Shown piece after piece: positions 11,101 to 20,497 of a stretch of DNA of 64,000 nucleotides. Every line of letters begins with the position of its first letter. The stretch's first letter is position 1. The DNA comes from Ignavibacteriaceae bacterium (GTDB lineage Bacteria > Bacteroidota > Ignavibacteria > Ignavibacteriales > Ignavibacteriaceae), in the NCBI GenBank assembly GCA_963662605.1, contig OY759785.1:1725721-1789720 (forward strand). Direction: 5' to 3'. The position numbers and the translations under genes are program-made. The notes under the pieces are model-generated. The model had not been told where the DNA came from. It did not search any database and was given only the letters and a program-made list of their open reading frames with translations.

Positions 11101-13614
11101 CGATTAGCTCTTCCGACTAAGCCTAATCTGGCAATTGCATCTTCTGATATTACCCTGTTGAATCAAGCTCCAACCGATCAGGACGATTCGACAGGCATAA
11201 AGCTATATTATCATAATCTCGGCTTATCATCGAAAGATAGCGTTTCGATAAAAGTGACACACCGATTCCCGCATAATGGCACTGAAACAACGGAATCAAA
11301 GATATTCAGGGTTAAAGTTCCGGATTTTGATGATTCACTAACTTTCAAGCTGTTGACTATCTCATCGGCGGGACAACATACGGTTACTATTCAGCTTGAT
11401 TCCGAAAACTCGCTTAGTGAAATGTATAAAGATGATAACGAGCAATCGGCAACATTTTATGTATCATCACTTTCACTAAAATTGATAGGTAAAAAGTATT
11501 TTGATGCCGAAGTGCTCCCATCCGTATCCATCCTTAACGCTGCGGCAGCAACCGGCAGTATTGTTCCTCAGGTAATTGCTCAATATGATTCCGTAAATAC
11601 ATTCCTGACTCCGGTTCAGTTCACTACACCGGCAGATACCTTTTTTACTAAATTGAGTTTTAATTCACTGCAAAGTAACAAACGGTATTGGGGAAGATTC
11701 CGCTCAAGTCAGAATGATACATCCTGGGGAGAAGTTTTCTCTCTATATAAATCGGCTCAGAATTCATCCCTGCTTCTTGAAGATAGCGCAAGTTTTAGCG
11801 GCCTTGAAAAAACGGGGCTGTTATTCAAAAATGGAATGCGGCTTTCAATTGACTCCGTTCACATTTTAATCAAGTCAGGTGGCGGATATTATACAAAATA
11901 CGGCAGCATCAACAATAATGAAAATGATATACTGCCGAATTCATTCGGATGGGGAATGGGCATTGCCGTTATTGACCCGGTTACTTTAAAAGCCGATACT
12001 GCCGCTAATTTTGATTACGGCGGCAATAATGCTCTGGTTCTGAAGCTCTCCCAGTTTATAGAGGCGATACCGACAGGTAAACTCGTCGCTATGTGTGTAA
12101 TAGATGATGGTAATCTTAGTGGTGCTAACAGAGATACTCTCATTAACGCAATTAAGAAGATCGGCGGTTCAAAAATATCCTCAATCAGCTTCAGAGCGCC
12201 ATGGCTTATATTCGGTAGAAAAGGTGCCGCTCCCGGCACTGTCCCCGAAAAACTCGAATCCCCGTATTATCAGGGACTTTTAACTTTTGACACCTTGCTG
12301 ACAAAAAACCATAGTATCGGGAATTTTATAACTCAGGAAATATCAAAGACAAGGAAACTACGGACGCTTACACTTAACGCGCAGATTCCAACAGGGGCTT
12401 CTGTGAAGGTACAACCGATTGTTACAACTACTGCCGATGATATAGAAACTTTACCATACCTCACTTTTTCCGGCTCAGTGTCTGATTTAACATCAATTCG
12501 AATTGATACATTAAAATCGGTCAAATTTTTGACAGAGCTAAATATGGCGCCGGACGGTTCTTCGCCTGTTATTAATTCGGAATCCTTGCTGTTTGACGGA
12601 CTTCCTGAACTCGGCATTAATTATCAATCCGTCAGCCTTAGTCAGGAATCATCAAAGATCTTGGATACGCTGACGTTCGGCAAGCAGTCATATATAAATG
12701 CGACTATCTCTAATGCCGGTAATATTATTTCGGATAGTGTAAAAATCACCATAGTGGAAAAGCCTTCCAATACTCTAATTGATAGCCGGGTGCTGGCTCC
12801 TATACCTGCCGAATCAAGAATCACTTACCAGGTGCCGTATACGATTTCATCAGGTGACTCGCAAAGGCAACTGATAATTAACGTTGATGCTGATGCCAGA
12901 AATACTGAGTATTACGAAGACAATAATATTTACGCGATACCGTTTACCGTAAAGGCGGATACAAGCGGCAAACCGGTTGTACAGATTTATTCTGATGATA
13001 AAAAAATCTACGATGGTGATTATATCACTTCAGCTCCGCGTATCCGGATTGAGCTTACCGATCCCTCATATGAATCAATTGACACGAACTATGTAAAAAA
13101 CACAGAGACTTTTAAGCTATTGTTAGACAATACTTCCATTGCTTACAACGATTCTCGTATAAAATATACTTTTCAGGATGTCAATCCAAGAATGACCGCG
13201 CTATTTACGCCGGAATTAGCCGATGGCTCGCATACATTAAAGGTCACAGCGATTATACCATCACTCAGTGATACTCTATCTCTTAAGAGAACTCTGAGTG
13301 TTAATCAAAATCTGCAACTAATAAATGTATATAATTATCCGAATCCGTTTAATCAGAAGACCAATTTCACATTTATACTTTCGGCAGTACCTGAAGAGTT
13401 GTCTATTCGTATATATGCCGTAAGCGGCAGGCTGCTGAGAGTTATTAAGCGCATTTCTGATGAACTATCAGTTGGGTTTAACAAAAGTATCGAATGGGAT
13501 GGGCGTGACGAAGATGGTGATTTAGTTGCCAATGGTGTATATTTATATAAGGTTGTTTTGAAAAAGAACGGTAAATCGGAAACTACCACAAACAAACTGG
13601 CAATTGTGAGGTGA
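8191..13614 (+). CDS. Very large peptidase C25 (gingipain/PorU-like) family protein with T9SS/FlgD-Ig-like C-terminal domain
   Basis: Signal peptide ending SSFAQS. The C25-type catalytic region reads LIGRIPSKNEAQ...ISYIGHSGTRTWDNS (His codon 10726-10728) and VTDFGCSTAKFAE (Cys codon 10819-10821). The C-terminus is YNYPNPFNQKTNF...WDGRDEDGDLVANGVYLYKV. Confidence 0.8.
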   Translation: MHMLYRINVVKSTILFLVVFLISASSFAQSSRAKTLASNSGFAIEMAAPNFNKQIANSGANIIVDYVDYTRTDAPGIFKIPYDELIIAIPQNSKPTFNLQILEKRTIKNAIPACNPEVEFADSSIRLKKIPVTSAMRINSGEQFEVKGFFWYRDFYCAHVRVRLAEYSFTANSIEEISKYKVLVNTGGMVQTSAPILIRSDMDRLVSELIVNAANAEQFRSTRQISITDTTGNWFNTSAQYLKIGTYEDKIYRITKQSFDKVGISIAGIDPQTFKLLQNGIELPITVFTQTPGTFGTTDYIEFYGHKNYEPVSDRVVNPDSLPYNNYLNPYSDTVYYYLTWGNGLGQRTKVSGAAPIASSDTIKYYNDFIHYEPNTVFQEIENDVTISQDPTKLNRKSWFAGFLFASGNYAVSLPGILPGKTAGVFARVSSAGSNYTKNAHTVSVGLRKKPSVASDTLMNISGTQTFDKGGRAVIGGYIPTDSLTTGSNSLRIRNYENGSSVNYLVVDWYEIEYPRTLAAQNDSLLFSIRDSLSFDLRNVKVANVTLAADSLVLYRIAPAFAKLNGFIKSGTNLIFADSIGMGSQYCLAAVKKLNQPSILKNKRFADLRASRKADYIGITHSSLLNAAKNYMGFISSNYSVDTILINVEDIFDEFAYGNPDPLAIKAFLKSTFQNWQAPKPSYVCLLGTGSYDYKGYWASSHSYSTGLNLVPTFGEPVSDTWYTMWDEKAPLIQQMLIGRIPSKNEAQLNYYLQKHQGYVDQHLNIWNKRALFFSGGDSGDSLQLSETKNVNDYIVKNHTKTPRLVLGVDHFYKVYSPASNFGPYSSAYIRNSIEQGGLFISYIGHSGTRTWDNSIADPNQLLNNSNRSSLVTDFGCSTAKFAEPDVDSFGGLFVNEGQTIAYIGNTSLGFSSTTLMVPQYFYGKILQDTIYCISMAHFAAKLQMFSELGSTGSYRIFAMTNTLLADPIVRLALPTKPNLAIASSDITLLNQAPTDQDDSTGIKLYYHNLGLSSKDSVSIKVTHRFPHNGTETTESKIFRVKVPDFDDSLTFKLLTISSAGQHTVTIQLDSENSLSEMYKDDNEQSATFYVSSLSLKLIGKKYFDAEVLPSVSILNAAAATGSIVPQVIAQYDSVNTFLTPVQFTTPADTFFTKLSFNSLQSNKRYWGRFRSSQNDTSWGEVFSLYKSAQNSSLLLEDSASFSGLEKTGLLFKNGMRLSIDSVHILIKSGGGYYTKYGSINNNENDILPNSFGWGMGIAVIDPVTLKADTAANFDYGGNNALVLKLSQFIEAIPTGKLVAMCVIDDGNLSGANRDTLINAIKKIGGSKISSISFRAPWLIFGRKGAAPGTVPEKLESPYYQGLLTFDTLLTKNHSIGNFITQEISKTRKLRTLTLNAQIPTGASVKVQPIVTTTADDIETLPYLTFSGSVSDLTSIRIDTLKSVKFLTELNMAPDGSSPVINSESLLFDGLPELGINYQSVSLSQESSKILDTLTFGKQSYINATISNAGNIISDSVKITIVEKPSNTLIDSRVLAPIPAESRITYQVPYTISSGDSQRQLIINVDADARNTEYYEDNNIYAIPFTVKADTSGKPVVQIYSDDKKIYDGDYITSAPRIRIELTDPSYESIDTNYVKNTETFKLLLDNTSIAYNDSRIKYTFQDVNPRMTALFTPELADGSHTLKVTAIIPSLSDTLSLKRTLSVNQNLQLINVYNYPNPFNQKTNFTFILSAVPEELSIRIYAVSGRLLRVIKRISDELSVGFNKSIEWDGRDEDGDLVANGVYLYKVVLKKNGKSETTTNKLAIVR

Positions 13615-13668
13615 TATGATCTTCAATGTCCGGATTTTATATAAAATAGAACCTTGGAAGATAAACTG

Positions 13669-14940
13669 ATGCCAATGGGTGGGATGATCAGGACGCTGAA
13701 AGAGGAAAAGGCATACACCGCATTTTCCTCTGCATTGTTATTGTATACTGTTTTCTCATCTTTATCCAATTATAGCGCTTCGGCGTTTGGTATAAAGCTT
13801 TACTGTATTGCATTATTATCAGCAACTGTTTTTTTTCTCTTCAAATTTACTCAAGATTTAAATTTTGTTCAAAATTGGAAATTACTCCCGGGAAGTTTAT
13901 TCATATTGTTTTTCGCAGCCTACTTCGGCTTGTCAATATTATACTCTCTGAATCCCTGGTTTGGGTTCTTAAAGTGGCTGAACTTTATTTTGTCATTTCT
14001 TCCTCTGATAGCAGGGTATTATATTTTATTCAGCACTATTACCCGGGAGCGATTTGTAAGATTATCAATAATAGTTATCGGAGTGCTGATATTTAGTACC
14101 GGAGTGCTGGTTTTTTCTCAGCCGTTCAATTATGGCGGAACACACTGGCTTTCTCTCACCAACTGGAGCCATGTGGTTTACGGCAGGATAATCGGAATGT
14201 TCCTGATTCTCATGTTGATACTATACAAAACAGAGATAATAGAGTTAAAATCTTATCAGGCAGTGCTTGTTTTTGTTTTCCTATTCTATTTGAATCAGAG
14301 GACAGGTTACAGATCCGGACTCGTGGCACTCGCTCTTACAGTTCCGTTTATCGTGTTTTACTATTTGCCAAAGAAACAATACAGAAAAAAAATCCTGATT
14401 ATTCTTCTGGCTGTTGTACTAACAATACCATTTATGTATTTGCATTCCTCTGCAAATAATGCACCTCAGAAACGAGTTGTATCTTTAATGCACTACTCGT
14501 ATGGTAAAATGTCTGAGGATGAGCCTCTGCAAACCCGTTATAAACTGAATAATCTATGTAGGCAGTTTATTCAAGATTATCCTATCACAGGCGTTGGGTG
14601 GGGCGGATTTCGTAATCAATTGCTTGATCCCGATCCGATGATTCTGAAATACCCGCACAATATTTTATTGGAATTTTGGGTTGAATTAGGGATCCCCGGA
14701 TTATTGATATTCCTTGCATTTCTTGTTTGGAGTTTCAGGCATCTTTGGAAGATACATCCGCTTTTCGCCATCAGTTACTTATATCCTTTGACTATAGCCT
14801 TATTCAGCAAAGATATTCCTGATCAAACAATTTTCACCATCTTTTTTGCCATACTTCTACTCCCGAAGGATATGCTGGAGCGCTGGAGGAATAGCATTGG
14901 CAAGAATGGCCGTGACCCGAAGAATTCAGTTGTGGTATAA
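13669..14940 (+). CDS. O-antigen ligase / Wzy_C-domain family membrane protein
   Basis: Polytopic membrane protein with NQRTGYRSGLVALAL and PHNILLEFWVELGIPGL motifs typical of the O-antigen ligase family. The start is uncertain (TTG 13654 or ATG 13669). Confidence 0.7.
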   Translation: MPMGGMIRTLKEEKAYTAFSSALLLYTVFSSLSNYSASAFGIKLYCIALLSATVFFLFKFTQDLNFVQNWKLLPGSLFILFFAAYFGLSILYSLNPWFGFLKWLNFILSFLPLIAGYYILFSTITRERFVRLSIIVIGVLIFSTGVLVFSQPFNYGGTHWLSLTNWSHVVYGRIIGMFLILMLILYKTEIIELKSYQAVLVFVFLFYLNQRTGYRSGLVALALTVPFIVFYYLPKKQYRKKILIILLAVVLTIPFMYLHSSANNAPQKRVVSLMHYSYGKMSEDEPLQTRYKLNNLCRQFIQDYPITGVGWGGFRNQLLDPDPMILKYPHNILLEFWVELGIPGLLIFLAFLVWSFRHLWKIHPLFAISYLYPLTIALFSKDIPDQTIFTIFFAILLLPKDMLERWRNSIGKNGRDPKNSVVV

Positions 14941-14944
14941 ACAG

Positions 14945-16204
14945 ATGAGCCGGGTGGAAAACGTTCAATCATCTTCGCAAAGAGTTATTGGTTTTTTGCT
15001 CATCACCGCTTTCTTACTTGCACTTGGGCTATATTATATACCGCGGCGGCCTGAATTTAGTGATGAAAAAAAATTCCACCTTCCTTTAGCACAGCAATTC
15101 TATCAAACGCCGGCTTTGCAAGTTCTATTAGGTGATAATTATAACTCCGCCAATACTCCACTGCCATATATTGTAAGCGTGGGGATACTCAAAATAGTTG
15201 GAGTAACGCCGAATATTTACATTCTCCGGAAAATAAACCTTTTGGTTTATTTGCTGATGGTGGTTCTTCTCTTTTATGGCTTCCTTAAGAATGATATTTG
15301 GGTACTCATTATTGCTGCATGTAATGTTTATCTTCTGAAATCGGCAGTATTGTATTACATGGCCGATTGGGGAATATTATTCTTTTGTGTTTTTCTTGTA
15401 CTGTTAAGATATGGGGGTGAGTTGAGAAAGCCGGTCACAATGCTTCTCATTATCTTGTCGGGACTGTTTGCAATTATGTCGCAACAGTTTTATATGATAC
15501 TCCCTGCGGCACTGATATTTGGTGGTTTTATGGAGAACAACTACAAGGTAAATGCTAAACTCATGCCGATTGGATTTATAGTACTAATGATCGTAATACT
15601 TCCCGCGATGCTTTTTTTCAAGTGGGGAGGATTGACTCACCGGAATTTTAACGATTTCAATCCTGTTTCATTTGCGCCGACAAACGTAACTGCGATTTTG
15701 GCAATAGTGGGCTTCAATCTTTCACCCTTCGTAATTTATAAAATTATAAAAGAGAAGAAGGTGTATTGGATTCCGGCGGTAGCAGCGTTGGCGCTCGGAG
15801 TATTTCTGACTCCACGATATGAGCATTACATGTATGAGGGAGCTATTGTCGGCATTACGTTCCGGTTTATTGATAGCGTTGCGATGCACAACCCCACCGC
15901 TACCGGGCTGCTCACATCTTTTTTTGTATATCTTGGCATGCTTACTCTGCGTGAAGTTGTAAGGCTTCAGGAAGGGAAACTTGAAACCCGCGTTCAACAG
16001 TCTGCCGTTTTGATGCTCGCATTATCATATGTTTTTACATCGCACATAGGCGAGCGCCATATGGTACCGATGATATTTTTGCTGTATCTAATGCTCTTGC
16101 CGCGTCTTGAAAACCGGAAAATACTCTATATATGGGCGGCGGTTCAGATCGCAATTGGCGTAATTTACGTCAACCACTTGTTTCATGACTTGAGTATAAT
16201 TTAG
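14945..16204 (+). CDS. GT-C-fold (ArnT/PMT-like) membrane glycosyltransferase, putative
   Basis: Polytopic membrane protein whose first-loop SDEKKFHLP resembles the DE..H motif of the GT39/GT83 families. I prefer the internal ATG at 14945 over the ORF-track start at 14846, which overlaps the previous gene by 95 nt. Confidence 0.5.
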   Translation: MSRVENVQSSSQRVIGFLLITAFLLALGLYYIPRRPEFSDEKKFHLPLAQQFYQTPALQVLLGDNYNSANTPLPYIVSVGILKIVGVTPNIYILRKINLLVYLLMVVLLFYGFLKNDIWVLIIAACNVYLLKSAVLYYMADWGILFFCVFLVLLRYGGELRKPVTMLLIILSGLFAIMSQQFYMILPAALIFGGFMENNYKVNAKLMPIGFIVLMIVILPAMLFFKWGGLTHRNFNDFNPVSFAPTNVTAILAIVGFNLSPFVIYKIIKEKKVYWIPAVAALALGVFLTPRYEHYMYEGAIVGITFRFIDSVAMHNPTATGLLTSFFVYLGMLTLREVVRLQEGKLETRVQQSAVLMLALSYVFTSHIGERHMVPMIFLLYLMLLPRLENRKILYIWAAVQIAIGVIYVNHLFHDLSII

Positions 16205-16400
16205 CTAACCCATTGTCCTTCTCAATTTGTTAAAATCTGTAATTGTACACTAATTCATTCGTAACCCAATATGGAAGAATTTTTGGTATTCTTACATATG
16301 AAGGAATTCCTCAATTTTCGTTATTTTTCGGGTCACAGCACATGATACAATACATATGCCTAAATAGTGATATTGAATCCATAGGTAAATTTCGAAGATA

Positions 16401-18140
16401 GTGAAAAAGCTTAAACAGATATTTAAAAAATTTATTTCCGGTCATTTTCTCCCGGTCATGTTTCTGATTATCATTCCTTTGATGTTGTACTATCCATCAA
16501 TCAAGTACAATTTCACCGGCACTGATGATATACAACTTATTCGAACTAATCAGCCGTTCTATAGGCCATTAAATAATGTCTTCCATTTGTTTAAGACGAA
16601 TTCATATGTGAGCCCGAATAATATTGACTTTTATCGGCCGGTACAGATGTTGTCCTTTATAGTTGATGCCCAATTTCAAACTGATAAAAGACCACTTCTC
16701 CCATTTCACATAACTTCAATAATTCTGCAAATTATAACGCTGCTTCTTCTGTACTATTTACTCGTCCATTTTAACGTTGAAAAGATTCCAGCATTTCTTT
16801 CGGCCTGTATATTTGCTGTTCATCCTCTTATAGCAGCTTCTGTGGTTTGGATACCTGCAAGAGGCGATCAACTCGCCGCTGTTTTCACCCTATTAGCGGT
16901 CATTGCATTTATACGAGTTCAGGAAGGGAAGAAGTGTTTTGTTCCATTGCATATGCTTTTTTTCGCTTGTGCCATTTTTTCTAAAGAAATTGCTGCTGCT
17001 GCCCCGGTTATATTTTTACTTGTAGATAAGTTGCTGCTTAAGAACAAAATATTTACATGGAAAAATGCGTTATTAGCTATTTTCTGGTTTTGCATCGAGG
17101 GAATATATTTTTCGATGAGAAGCTTTGGCTGGTCGAAGGATTACCCGGAAGGTATGTTGACCGGATGGGATGCGTTTTTGAAAAACATCACGCTGGTGCC
17201 TGTTCTTCTGTCGAAAGTTTTTCTTCCCTATGATCTTTCAACGTATGCGGTTTTCAAATCATGGTCGGTTTTTGCTGGCTTTTTAATCATAGCTATTCTG
17301 GCACTACTGGTTATTGTGGATAAAAGAAGAAAGGGCATTTACATATTCGGATTTCTTTGGTTTTTGTCAGCTGGTATGCCCTATATGTTTTTTAGAATGC
17401 CATATGCTGAATCAGGGAGGGAGTATTTTGAGTCTTGGGCATATTTCCCTGTAATGGGAATTGTCATTGCCGCGGGATATATTCTTAATACCTTTCGGGA
17501 ATCTCGGAACTATGCGCTCACTTGCAGCGGATTCGCAGTAGTTTCTGCGTTCTTAGCCTGGGGAGCCTCTGCTCATGCAAGAGATTTTGCTAACCCATAT
17601 GCTTTTGCAGATTCTGCGTTACGAAGTTACGGCAATAATGCATTCGCATATCTTGATAGAGGCCAATGGAAATTCAACTCGCGTTTCACAGATGACGGCA
17701 TCAGAGATATAACCCGGTCAATTGAACTATGTCCCCGGAATGATTTTGCATTATATATCAGGGGAACATATTACTTTTATACACGGAGGAACGCAGAGGC
17801 AAGGAAAGATCTTGAGATGGCCATTCAAATAGACAGAACGTATCTTGAGGCTTATATGATGAAGGGCTGGGTAGATTTTACGGATAAACAGTATGATGCT
17901 GCGATTGCGGATTTTGCTATGGCAATCAAACTCAATCCGTCATCTGCCTGGAGCCGGTTCATTAGAGGCAAGATATATGAACAGATTGGGGATTACGAAA
18001 ATGCCCTCGATGATATTTCTACGGCATCCTTCATGGCAGATAACAACAGCGCGTTCCAAGACGACTTAAGAAAAGTTAAACGGAAATTACGCGAGCAAAA
18101 AGCCTTAGAAAAAGAGCAATCTGAAGAGCCGGAGAGGTAA
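16401..18140 (+). CDS. TPR-containing GT-C-type membrane protein (TMTC/PMT_2-like O-glycosyltransferase family)
   Basis: GTG start. The N-terminal YNFTGTDDIQLIRTN motif precedes about 10 TM helices. C-terminal TPR repeats include AFAYLDRGQW..., EAYMMKGWVDF... and SAWSRFIRGKIYEQIGDYENA. Confidence 0.65.
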   Translation: MKKLKQIFKKFISGHFLPVMFLIIIPLMLYYPSIKYNFTGTDDIQLIRTNQPFYRPLNNVFHLFKTNSYVSPNNIDFYRPVQMLSFIVDAQFQTDKRPLLPFHITSIILQIITLLLLYYLLVHFNVEKIPAFLSACIFAVHPLIAASVVWIPARGDQLAAVFTLLAVIAFIRVQEGKKCFVPLHMLFFACAIFSKEIAAAAPVIFLLVDKLLLKNKIFTWKNALLAIFWFCIEGIYFSMRSFGWSKDYPEGMLTGWDAFLKNITLVPVLLSKVFLPYDLSTYAVFKSWSVFAGFLIIAILALLVIVDKRRKGIYIFGFLWFLSAGMPYMFFRMPYAESGREYFESWAYFPVMGIVIAAGYILNTFRESRNYALTCSGFAVVSAFLAWGASAHARDFANPYAFADSALRSYGNNAFAYLDRGQWKFNSRFTDDGIRDITRSIELCPRNDFALYIRGTYYFYTRRNAEARKDLEMAIQIDRTYLEAYMMKGWVDFTDKQYDAAIADFAMAIKLNPSSAWSRFIRGKIYEQIGDYENALDDISTASFMADNNSAFQDDLRKVKRKLREQKALEKEQSEEPER

Positions 18141-18205
18141 GCTTTTCGTGTGGGATATTTTTGCCGGGCTTCGTATCTTGCAATATTCATTTATAAATTT
18201 TCAAC

Positions 18206-18961
18206 ATGATAAGAAACAGTCATATAGCAGTGGTTCTGCCTGCATATAATGCGGCAAAGACATTAATTGAAACATACAATGAAATTCCGATGGATATTGT
18301 TGATGAGGTTATTCTTGTTGATGATGCCAGCACGGATGAAACAACAAAAATTGCAGCTCATCTTAAGTTGCAGCTTATTGTGCATGAAAAAAATAAAGGT
18401 TACGGGGGAAACCAAAAATCCTGTTACGATGCCGCATTAAAAACTAAGGCGGACATCATTATTATGCTGCACCCCGATTACCAATACACGCCGAAATTGA
18501 TCGCAGCTATGGCTCATCTTTTAGAATCGGGAGAGTTTGATGTAGTTCTGGGCTCACGTATTCTGGGCGGCAAAGCAATGAAAGGCGGAATGCCTGTTTA
18601 TAAATATATCTCAAACCGCTTTCTCACTTTGTGTCAAAATCTCCTTATGGGCGCAAAGCTTTCAGAATATCATACCGGGTACCGGGCATATACCAGAAAA
18701 GTCTTAGAAAACCTGCCTTGGGCAAAAAATTCTGATGATTTTATCTTCGATAATCAGTTCTTGTCACAAGCCATATATTCTGATTTCAGAATAGGCGAGA
18801 TTACATGTCCAACTAAATATTTTAAAGAAGCCTCTTCAATTAATTTTAGGCGAAGTTTGAAATATGGTTTGGGCTGTCTTGCTACGGCACTGGTATTCCG
18901 GCTGTCCAAAATGAATATTATTAAGCCGCGAATCTTTGAATTTGACACACACAATCATTAA
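18206..18961 (+). CDS. Glycosyltransferase family 2 (polyprenyl-phosphate sugar synthase-like)
   Basis: AVVLPAYNAAKTL...VILVDDASTDET...IIMLHPDYQY is a classic GT2/GT-A signature with a DxD-like motif. Confidence 0.85.
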   Translation: MIRNSHIAVVLPAYNAAKTLIETYNEIPMDIVDEVILVDDASTDETTKIAAHLKLQLIVHEKNKGYGGNQKSCYDAALKTKADIIIMLHPDYQYTPKLIAAMAHLLESGEFDVVLGSRILGGKAMKGGMPVYKYISNRFLTLCQNLLMGAKLSEYHTGYRAYTRKVLENLPWAKNSDDFIFDNQFLSQAIYSDFRIGEITCPTKYFKEASSINFRRSLKYGLGCLATALVFRLSKMNIIKPRIFEFDTHNH

Positions 18962-19132
18962 CCGGCTCAAATTTCGTTAACTAAAGTTATAAAAAAGCGC
19001 CTTTTGGGAGCTATCAACAGCGATTTGGAGGGGGCACGCCTTTATTTTCTTTGATTTTATATCTCATTAACTTAAATTAAGAAATGCTGGAAAAAATTAT
19101 TTTTTCAATAAAGTCAGTTATTTGGAGATGTT

Positions 19133-20476
19133 ATGGGAAAATTTCAACATGTTATTAAAAGAACCGGCGTTACTGTCCCTTTTAATACCGAAAGAATTAC
19201 GAATGCAATTTACCGTGCGGCAGTAGCCGTCGGAGGACGTGATAAAAATATGGCGGCTGAATTGAGCAAAAAAGTCGTTGCCATGCTTGAAGAAACGTAT
19301 GAAGAAGGATACACACTGAATATCGAAGAAATTCAGGACATTGTCGAAAAAGTACTGGTCGAAAATGGGCATGCTAAAGTTGCGAAAGAATATATCTTAT
19401 ATCGTGATGAGGCAAACCGCAAACGGCAGAGGGATTCGAAACATTTTTCCAAACCTGCCGAGGAAATTCCCTGGGCCAAAATCTGGCATTCACTTGATTG
19501 GGCAGTCGCTCATGAACTGCATACCTCATCATCATTGAATGAACGCATTAAGGGTGGTCATTTTGCACACATCGTGCACGAATCCGAATCAGCCTACGAA
19601 ACGCAGCTTGACACAGCTGCTGAAATGATTAAAGAAAGAGGCTCTGTACTGAAAATGGTTATGGTCAGCGGCCCATCTTCATCAGGGAAAACCACAACAA
19701 CATTTAAATTAGAGCAGCGTTTAAAGAAAATGGGAATGCGCTTCGTCCCGCTTATCGTTGACAATTACTTTTTTGATCTCGAAATGCATCCAAAAGATGA
19801 ATTCGGTGATTACGATTTCGAAACACCACAGGCACTTGATCTGGAACTGATTAACGACCATCTTGTACGCCTTGCCAAAGGCGAAGAGGTTAAAATTCCG
19901 TACTATGAATTCAAAATCGGGAAAAGATATTTAGATAGAACCCCTTTACAGATCAAAGAAAACGAAGTTCTCCTCATTGATAGCTTGCATGGATTGTATC
20001 CTGATTTCAGCAAAGCAATACCGGCTGAACAGAAATTTAAACTCTATCTTGAACCTTTACTCCAGATGAAAGGGCCGGATAACAAGTATTTCCGTTGGAC
20101 AGATATTAGACTTATTCGTAGAATGCTTCGTGATTCAGTGCACCGTGCATACGATCCGGAACAAACATTGTTGCATTGGCATTATGTCCGTTCGGCAGAA
20201 AAACGCAATATCTTGCCATACTGTTCTACGGCAGATTACATTGTTAATACATCAATGCCATATGAAGTGCCGATCTACCGTGCAAGATTGCTGGATAAAT
20301 TCATCGAATGGGAAAAGAAGTACGCTAACGATCCGCTTCGGGTTGACGCATTTGAGCGTGCCGCAAGAGTCCGGAATATGTTATCGGCAGTTGAGCCTAT
20401 CTCTGATGACTCACCGGTACCGGGTGATTCAGTTCTTCGTGAATTTATTGGCGGAAGTATTATCAACGTCCACTAA
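19133..20476 (+). CDS. ATP-cone domain fused to P-loop nucleoside (uridine/PRK-family) kinase
   Basis: The N-terminal VIKRTGVTVPFNTERITNAIYRA is ATP-cone-like. A Walker A motif VSGPSSSGKTTT follows. The uridine-kinase-like body includes LLIDSLHGLYP and HWHYVRSAEKRNI. Confidence 0.75.
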   Translation: MGKFQHVIKRTGVTVPFNTERITNAIYRAAVAVGGRDKNMAAELSKKVVAMLEETYEEGYTLNIEEIQDIVEKVLVENGHAKVAKEYILYRDEANRKRQRDSKHFSKPAEEIPWAKIWHSLDWAVAHELHTSSSLNERIKGGHFAHIVHESESAYETQLDTAAEMIKERGSVLKMVMVSGPSSSGKTTTTFKLEQRLKKMGMRFVPLIVDNYFFDLEMHPKDEFGDYDFETPQALDLELINDHLVRLAKGEEVKIPYYEFKIGKRYLDRTPLQIKENEVLLIDSLHGLYPDFSKAIPAEQKFKLYLEPLLQMKGPDNKYFRWTDIRLIRRMLRDSVHRAYDPEQTLLHWHYVRSAEKRNILPYCSTADYIVNTSMPYEVPIYRARLLDKFIEWEKKYANDPLRVDAFERAARVRNMLSAVEPISDDSPVPGDSVLREFIGGSIINVH

Positions 20477-20497
20477 GATTCTGCACATATTTTAAAA

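Noticed and set aside
14846-14944. N-terminal extension of the GT-C-like ORF that overlaps the O-antigen-ligase-like gene by 95 nt.
   Set aside because: An in-frame ATG at 14945 lies 4 nt after the upstream stop and precedes the first hydrophobic helix. The extension is Arg/Trp-rich and probably not translated.
18962-19132. A possible riboswitch or NrdR-box-type element upstream of the ATP-cone kinase gene.
   Set aside because: I could not find a convincing conserved stem set or a 16-bp NrdR-like palindrome by eye. An Rfam scan would be needed before any claim.
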